From positions 8,099,461 through 8,163,460 of the forward strand of contig NZ_CP114039.1 of NCBI RefSeq assembly GCF_026965535.1: a DNA stretch of 64,000 nt, read 5' to 3'. Below are positions 58,224-64,000 of this stretch, piece after piece; position 1 is the first letter of the stretch, and each line of letters opens with the position of its first letter. A program made the position numbers and the translations under genes. The DNA comes from Corallococcus sp. NCRR. GTDB taxonomy: Bacteria; Myxococcota; Myxococcia; Myxococcales; Myxococcaceae. The notes below the pieces were generated by a model. That model saw nothing but the letters and a program-made list of their open reading frames with translations. It did not search any database and had not been told where the DNA came from.

Positions 58224-61127
58224 CTAAGCGACCTTCTGCTCGGGCGTGTCGTAGTCCTCGATGGGAGGGCACGAGCACACGAGCTTGCGGTCACCGAGCA
58301 CGTTGTTCAGGCGCCCCACGGACGGCCAGAACTTGTTGTCGCGGACCCACGGCGTGGGGAACACGGCCTGTTCGCGGGTGTACGGGCGGTTCCACTCCGG
58401 CGCGGTGAGCGTGCGCGCGGTGTGCGGCGCGTTCTTCAGGACGTTGTTGTCCTTGGGCACGCGGCCCTCCTCCACGTCGCGGATCTCCTGGCGGATGGCG
58501 ATCATCGCGTCGCAGAAGCGGTCCAGCTCCGCCTTGGACTCGGACTCCGTGGGCTCGATCATCAGCGTGCCCGCCACCGGGAACGACACGGTGGGCGCGT
58601 GGAAGCCGTAGTCCATGAGGCGCTTGGCCACGTCCTCCACCTCCACGCCCGCGGTCTTCTTGAGCGGGCGCAGGTCCACGATGCACTCGTGGGCCACCCG
58701 GCCGCGCTTGCCCCGGTAGAGCACCGGGTAGTGCGGCTGGAGCCGCTCCGCGACGTAGTTGGCGTTGAGGATGGCCATCTTCGTGGCCTGCGTCAGGCCT
58801 TCGCCGCCCATCATCTGGATGTACATCCAGGAGATGAGCAGGATGCTGGCGCTGCCCCACGGCGCCGCGGAGATGGCGCCGATGGCGTCCGCCCCGCCCG
58901 TCTGGATGACGGGGTGCCCGGGGAGGAACTTCACCAGGTGGGACGCCACGCAGATGGGGCCCATGCCCGGGCCGCCACCGCCGTGCGGGATGCAGAACGT
59001 CTTGTGCAGGTTGATGTGGCAGACGTCCGCGCCCACCAGGCCCGGCGCGGTGAGGCCCACCTGCGCGTTGAGGTTGGCGCCGTCCATGTACACCTGGCCG
59101 CCGCGCTCGTGGATGGTGGAGCAGATCTCGCGGATCTCCTCCTCGAACACGCCGTGCGTGGAGGGGTACGTCACCATCAGCGCGGCCAGGTTGTCCTTGT
59201 GCTGGTCCGCCTTGGCGCGCAGGTCGTTCAGGTCGATGTTGCCGTTCTCGTCGCACTTGGTGACGACGACGCGGTAGCCCGCCATCACCGCGGAGGCGGG
59301 GTTGGTGCCGTGCGCGGAGGACGGGATGAGGCACACGTCGCGGTGCCCCTGCCCGCGCGCCTGGTGGTAGGCGCGAATCACGAGCAGGCCCGCGTACTCA
59401 CCCTGGCTGCCCGCGTTGGGCTGCAGCGAGCACCCGGCGAAGCCCGTCACCTGCGACAGCGCGTGCTCCAACTGCTCGAAGACGACCTTGTAGCCGGCCG
59501 CCTGCGAGGTGGGCGCGAACGGGTGCAGCTTGCTGAACTGGGGCCACGTCACCGGGATCATCTCCGCGGTGGCGTTGAGCTTCATGGTGCAGCTGCCCAG
59601 CGGAATCATGGAGTGCGTGAGGGACAGGTCCTTCGCCTCCAGCCGGCGCACGTACCGCAGCATCTCCGTCTCGGAGTGGTAGCGGTTGAAGACCGGGTGC
59701 GTGAGGTACGCGCTCGTGCGGCGCAGCTCGGGGGCGAGCGGGCTCTCCAGCCCTTCCGCGACCTCGTCCAGGTTCACCGGGGACGCGGACTTGTTCGCGC
59801 CCTGGATGAAGGCCGTGAGGATGTCCTCCACGTCCTTGGCGCGCGTCGTCTCGTCCAGCGACAGGCCGAGCGTCTTCTCGTCGATGCGGCGGAAGTTCAT
59901 CTTCGCGCCTTCCGCGGCGGCCAGCACGCCCCGCACCTGCGCGGGCGTCAGCTCCACGCGCAGCGTGTCGAAGAACTGCTCGTGCTTCGGCTTGAAGCCC
60001 AGCTTCGCCAGGCCCCGCGACAGCACCACGGTGAGCCCGTGCACGCGCTCCGCGATGGCCTTGAGCCCCTGCGGCCCGTGGTAGACGGCGTACATGCCGG
60101 CCATCACGGCCAGGAGCACCTGCGCGGTGCAGATGTTGCTCGTGGCCTTCTCACGGCGGATGTGCTGCTCGCGCGTCTGCAGCGCCATGCGCAGCGCGGG
60201 CCGGCCCCCGGAGTCCTCGGACACGCCGATGAGGCGGCCCGGCATCACGCGGGTGTAGGCGTTCTTCGTGGCGAAGTAGGCGGCGTGCGGGCCGCCGTAG
60301 CCCAGCGGCACGCCGAAGCGCTGCGCGCTGCCCACCACCACGTCCGCGCCGAACTCGCCGGGCGCCGTGAGCAGCGTCAGGGCCAAGAGGTCCGCCGCGA
60401 CGACGAGCAGGCCGCCCGCCGCGTGCACCTTCTCACCGAAGGCGCGGTAGTCGTGCGCCACGCCGTCCGTCGCCGGGTACTGCACCAGCGCGCCGAAGAA
60501 CTTCTTCTGGGACAGGTCCACCGTGCGGTGGTCGCCCACGACGACCTCCACGCCCAGCGGGATGGCGCGCGTGCGCACCACGTCCACCGTCTGCGGGTGG
60601 CAGCCGTCGGAGACGAAGAACGCGGCGGCGGTGCTGTCGCCCTTGGCGTGGATCGCGAGCGCCATGGCCTCCGCCGCGGCGGTGCCTTCATCCAGCATGG
60701 AGGCGTTGGCCACCTCCATGCCGGTGAGGTCCGTCACCATCGTCTGGAAGTTGAGCAGCGCTTCCAACCGGCCCTGGGCGATCTCCGCCTGGTAGGGCGT
60801 GTACTGGGTGTACCAGCCCGGGTTCTGGAAGATGTTGCGCAGGATGACGTTGGGGACGTGGGTGTCGCTGTAGCCCATGCCGATGAAGGACCGGAACACC
60901 TGGTTCTTCGCGGCGATGGCCTCCAGCTGCGCCAGCACCTCGTTCTCACCCTTGCCCGCGGGCAGCCGCAGGGGCTCCGGGGAGCGGATGACCGGCGGCA
61001 CGGTGGACTCGACGAAGGCGTCCAGCGAGTCCACGCCCAGCGTGGACAGCATCTGCTTCACTTCAGGGGTCTCCGGGCCGATGTGCCGGCCGGCGAAGGA
61101 CTCCTGGTACTTCCAGTTGAGGGACAT
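58224..61127 (-). CDS. gcvP: Glycine dehydrogenase (decarboxylating), single-chain P protein
   Basis: Start at [18 protein letters not shown]. About 967 aa with both PLP-dependent halves. Confidence 0.93.
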   Translation of the reverse strand: MSLNWKYQESFAGRHIGPETPEVKQMLSTLGVDSLDAFVESTVPPVIRSPEPLRLPAGKGENEVLAQLEAIAAKNQVFRSFIGMGYSDTHVPNVILRNIFQNPGWYTQYTPYQAEIAQGRLEALLNFQTMVTDLTGMEVANASMLDEGTAAAEAMALAIHAKGDSTAAAFFVSDGCHPQTVDVVRTRAIPLGVEVVVGDHRTVDLSQKKFFGALVQYPATDGVAHDYRAFGEKVHAAGGLLVVAADLLALTLLTAPGEFGADVVVGSAQRFGVPLGYGGPHAAYFATKNAYTRVMPGRLIGVSEDSGGRPALRMALQTREQHIRREKATSNICTAQVLLAVMAGMYAVYHGPQGLKAIAERVHGLTVVLSRGLAKLGFKPKHEQFFDTLRVELTPAQVRGVLAAAEGAKMNFRRIDEKTLGLSLDETTRAKDVEDILTAFIQGANKSASPVNLDEVAEGLESPLAPELRRTSAYLTHPVFNRYHSETEMLRYVRRLEAKDLSLTHSMIPLGSCTMKLNATAEMIPVTWPQFSKLHPFAPTSQAAGYKVVFEQLEHALSQVTGFAGCSLQPNAGSQGEYAGLLVIRAYHQARGQGHRDVCLIPSSAHGTNPASAVMAGYRVVVTKCDENGNIDLNDLRAKADQHKDNLAALMVTYPSTHGVFEEEIREICSTIHERGGQVYMDGANLNAQVGLTAPGLVGADVCHINLHKTFCIPHGGGGPGMGPICVASHLVKFLPGHPVIQTGGADAIGAISAAPWGSASILLISWMYIQMMGGEGLTQATKMAILNANYVAERLQPHYPVLYRGKRGRVAHECIVDLRPLKKTAGVEVEDVAKRLMDYGFHAPTVSFPVAGTLMIEPTESESKAELDRFCDAMIAIRQEIRDVEEGRVPKDNNVLKNAPHTARTLTAPEWNRPYTREQAVFPTPWVRDNKFWPSVGRLNNVLGDRKLVCSCPPIEDYDTPEQKVA

Positions 61128-61237
61128 GGTCGAAGGGCTCGCGTGAGGTGCGGTAGGAAGGTCGGCGTCCGAGCGGGCTCGGAACTCCATGGAGCGTCTC
61201 TAACAACCGGGACGCCCGACTTCTTGCGCGCGCGGGA

Positions 61238-61624
61238 CTACTCCTTGATGAGCTTCTCGTAGGCGGCGGCGTCCAGCAGGTTGCCCAGCTCCCCGGCGTC
61301 CGAGAGCTCGATCTCCACCAGCCACCCGTCCCCGTACGGATCCGAGTTGATGTCCTCGGGCGACGCCACGAGCTCGTCGTTCACCTTCACCACCTTGCCG
61401 GAGATGGGTGCGAACAGCTCCGACACGGCCTTGACGGACTCGACGGTGCCGAACGAGCCGCCGGCCGCCACCTGGGCGCCCAGCTTGGGCAGCTCCACGT
61501 AGACGATGTCGCCCAGCGTGTTCGAGGCGTGCTGGGTGATGCCCACCACCACGATCTTGCCCGAGACGCGGGCCCACTCGTGCTCCTGGGTGTACTTCAG
61601 GTCCTGCGGGACGTTGTCGGCCAT
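61238..61624 (-). CDS. gcvH: Glycine cleavage system H protein
   Basis: 128 aa. Lipoyl-lysine motif ESVKAVSE. Confidence 0.93.
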   Translation of the reverse strand: MADNVPQDLKYTQEHEWARVSGKIVVVGITQHASNTLGDIVYVELPKLGAQVAAGGSFGTVESVKAVSELFAPISGKVVKVNDELVASPEDINSDPYGDGWLVEIELSDAGELGNLLDAAAYEKLIKE

Positions 61625-61665
61625 GGGGGTTTCAACTCCTCACAAAGGGTGTGGAAGGAAGGAAA

Positions 61666-62763
61666 TCAGGACTTCTTGAGGAAGGGGGTCTTCACGACGA
61701 CGGCGGGCACGGCGCGGCCGCGGATGTCCACGTCGAAGGTGGAGCCCTCGGCGGCGAGGGCCGCCGGCACGTAGGCCATGCCGATGGACTTCTTCACCGT
61801 GGGGCCCATGGTGCCGCTCGTGACCTCGCCCACGCGCTCGCCGTTCTTGAGGACGGGGTAGCCGTGGCGGGGGATGCCCTTGTCGGTGAGCTCGAAGCCC
61901 ACGAGCTTGCGCGGCACGCCCGCGGCCTTCTGCGCGACGAGCGCGTCCTTGCCGATGAAGCCGCCCGCCTTGTCCAGCTTGACGATCCACCCCAGGCCCG
62001 CCTCCAGGGCGGTGTGCGCATCGTCGATGTCGTTGCCGTACAGCGCGTACTTCATCTCCGTGCGCAGCGAGTCGCGCGCGCCCAGGCCGCAGGGCTTCAC
62101 GCCGTCCTGCTGCCCGGCCTCCAGGAGCGCGTCCCAGAGCTTCACGGCGTCGCCGGAGGCGCAGTACAGCTCGAAGCCGTCCTCGCCGGTATAGCCCGTG
62201 CGGGAGATGATGGACTTCACGCCGGCCACCTCCCCTTCGGTGAAGCGGTAGGTGCCCACCTGGGACAGGTCCGACTTCGTCAGCCGCTGCACCAGCCCCA
62301 CGGCCTTGGGGCCCTGGATGGCGATCTGCGCGTAGTCGTCCCCGCGGTCCACCGGGGTGACGCCCTCCGCGCGCGCCTTCATCCAGGCGAAGTCCTTCTC
62401 GCGGTTGCTGGAGTTGACGCAGATGAGGATGCGCTCGGGGCTGAAGCGGTAGGCGACGACGTCGTCCACGAAACCGCCCAGGTCGTTGAGCAGGCCCGCG
62501 TAGACGGCCTGGCCGTCCTGGATGCGCGCGAGGTCGTTGGAGATGAGCCGGTTCACGGTCTCCAGGGCGCCCGGGCCGGTGAACTCGATCTCCCCCATGT
62601 GGGAGACGTCGAACAGGCCGACGGCGTTGCGCACGGCCTCGTGCTCGGCGATGACGGAGCTGTACTGGACCGGCATGTCCCAGCCGACGAAGTCGACCAT
62701 GCGGGCCCCCAGCTTGCGGTGGGCCTCGTTGAGGGGCGTACGCCGGGTCATTGACTTCTCCAT
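61666..62763 (-). CDS. gcvT: Glycine cleavage system T protein (aminomethyltransferase)
   Basis: 365 aa. Full-length GcvT similarity. Confidence 0.93.
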   Translation of the reverse strand: MEKSMTRRTPLNEAHRKLGARMVDFVGWDMPVQYSSVIAEHEAVRNAVGLFDVSHMGEIEFTGPGALETVNRLISNDLARIQDGQAVYAGLLNDLGGFVDDVVAYRFSPERILICVNSSNREKDFAWMKARAEGVTPVDRGDDYAQIAIQGPKAVGLVQRLTKSDLSQVGTYRFTEGEVAGVKSIISRTGYTGEDGFELYCASGDAVKLWDALLEAGQQDGVKPCGLGARDSLRTEMKYALYGNDIDDAHTALEAGLGWIVKLDKAGGFIGKDALVAQKAAGVPRKLVGFELTDKGIPRHGYPVLKNGERVGEVTSGTMGPTVKKSIGMAYVPAALAAEGSTFDVDIRGRAVPAVVVKTPFLKKS

Positions 62764-62849
62764 GGCAGGGGGTGGCGAAACGGCGCGGACTATAGCGGCG
62801 CACCTTCTCCGATCAAGGCCGACGCGGAAGGGACTAAACTCCTCCCGAC

Positions 62850-63722
62850 ATGAAGATTCGCAACTGTCTCAACCCCTCCAAGCCGAGCTTCTCCTTCGAG
62901 TTTTTTCCTCCCAAGACGGACGCGGGCGTGGCCTCGCTCCTGCGCACGGTGGAGGAGCTTGCGCCGCTGGACCCGGGGTTCGTGTCGGTGACGTACGGGG
63001 CGGGCGGGAGCACGCGCGACCGGACGGTGGACCTGGTCACGCACATCAAGCAGAAGACCGGCATCGAGGCGATGGCGCACCTGACGTGCGTGGGACACAC
63101 CCGCGACGAGCTTCGTGACGTGCTGCGCCGGCTCGACGCGGCAGGCATCGAGAACGTGCTCCTCCTGCGCGGGGACCCGCCGCAGGGGCAGACGACGTTC
63201 GAGCCGGTGCCCGGGGGCTTCCGCTACGCGGAGGAGCTGGTCCGATTCGTCCGAGAAGAGGATTTCAACTTCTGCCTGGGGGGTGCGTGCTATCCGGAGG
63301 GGCACGTGGAGACGGCGTCGCGCGAGGACGACCTCAAGCACCTGAAGGCCAAGGTGGATGCGGGGATGGACTTCGTGGTGACGCAGCTCTTCTTCGACAA
63401 CGCCTTCTATTTCGACTTCGTGGAGCGGGCGCGGCGGATGGGCATCAACGTCCCCATCGTTCCCGGCATCATGCCCATCACCAACTACGAGCAGGTCCAG
63501 CGCTTCACGCGCATGTGCGGCGCGACGGTGCCCATGCGTCTGGCGTTGCAGATGGAGCGCGTGAAGGATCAGCCGGACGCCGTCGTGCAGCTGGGCGTGG
63601 CGCACGCCACGGTGCAGTGCATGGAGCTGCTCGCGCGCGGCGTGCCGGGCATCCACTTCTACACGCTGAACAAGTCTCCCGCGACGCGGATGATCGTGGG
63701 CGCGCTGAAGGGGCGGTCATGA
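62850..63722 (+). CDS. metF: 5,10-methylenetetrahydrofolate reductase
   Basis: 290 aa. FSFEFFPPKT..VSVTYGAGGSTR.. Confidence 0.88.
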   Translation: MKIRNCLNPSKPSFSFEFFPPKTDAGVASLLRTVEELAPLDPGFVSVTYGAGGSTRDRTVDLVTHIKQKTGIEAMAHLTCVGHTRDELRDVLRRLDAAGIENVLLLRGDPPQGQTTFEPVPGGFRYAEELVRFVREEDFNFCLGGACYPEGHVETASREDDLKHLKAKVDAGMDFVVTQLFFDNAFYFDFVERARRMGINVPIVPGIMPITNYEQVQRFTRMCGATVPMRLALQMERVKDQPDAVVQLGVAHATVQCMELLARGVPGIHFYTLNKSPATRMIVGALKGRS

Positions 63723-64000
63723 GCGGTCCTGGACCTCAGCTCCCGCCGGGCGACCCGCGCATCCAGATCTTCCAGATCGTGCGCTTCCCGGCGTTCTTCC
63801 TGCTCATCGTCGGCGTGCTGCACGTCGCGTTCAGCCTGCTGGGCGCGGTGCTGGCGGCGCTGAAGGTGGCGTCGCCCTTCTCCACGCCGGGCCAGGCGCC
63901 GGTGGTGCTGGAGTTCACGATGGGCTTCTCGCTGGCCATCCTGGGAGGCATCCTCTGCGGGCTGCTGGCCATCTGGGGCGCGTGGAACGCGATGAACCTC
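63719..64000 (+). CDS. Small membrane protein, hypothetical (3-prime end beyond window)
   Basis: ATGA overlap with the metF stop. Two or three TM helices. Confidence 0.4.
   Translation, partial: MSGPGPQLPPGDPRIQIFQIVRFPAFFLLIVGVLHVAFSLLGAVLAALKVASPFSTPGQAPVVLEFTMGFSLAILGGILCGLLAIWGAWNAMNL

Noticed and set aside
62764-62849. Possible glycine riboswitch upstream of gcvT
   Set aside because: The region is only 86 bp and shared with the metF promoter. It lacks aptamer consensus elements.

Overview
High-GC (~70%) bacterial chromosome segment, almost certainly from a myxobacterium (Myxococcus/Corallococcus-like gene content and codon usage). Nearly all real genes in 1..40,000 lie on the minus strand. 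Most long plus-strand ORFs in the track are antisense artefacts of GC3-rich coding sequence. The centre of the window (21.6-36.2 kb) is the classic str/rif region: four tRNAs (Thr, Tyr, Gly, Thr), tuf, rpmG, tRNA-Trp, secE, nusG, rplK, rplA, rplJ, rplL, rpoB, rpoC. The left end (1-7.8 kb) is an accessory Tad/Flp-type secretion module that runs off the window. It comprises a CpaF-like ATPase with an N-terminal FHA domain (partial), a CpaC secretin, a CpaA prepilin peptidase and a standalone FHA protein. Upstream and co-directional are two large beta-propeller-like lipoproteins, then glyQ/glyS. Other content: a PEGA-domain Ser/Thr kinase; a translationally coupled pair of Pol-beta-superfamily nucleotidyltransferases; a PfkB sugar kinase; recO; a RodZ-like HTH protein; a TPR lipoprotein; an SLT transglycosylase; two phasin-like genes; rlmB; a RimK-like ATP-grasp enzyme; a Cys-rich vWA lipoprotein; hrpB; a GNAT acetyltransferase; fdxA; asd; an acyl-CoA dehydrogenase; tRNA-Cys; an envelope cluster (beta-helix lipoprotein, SpoIID/LytB, TonB-like, CDF transporter); and gcvP, gcvH, gcvT and metF. 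No CRISPR array, IS element or integrase was seen. The most interesting region is the FHA-decorated Tad-like apparatus with its unannotated lipoprotein partners. It resembles the Tad-like (Kil) contact-dependent prey-killing machinery reported for Myxococcus.
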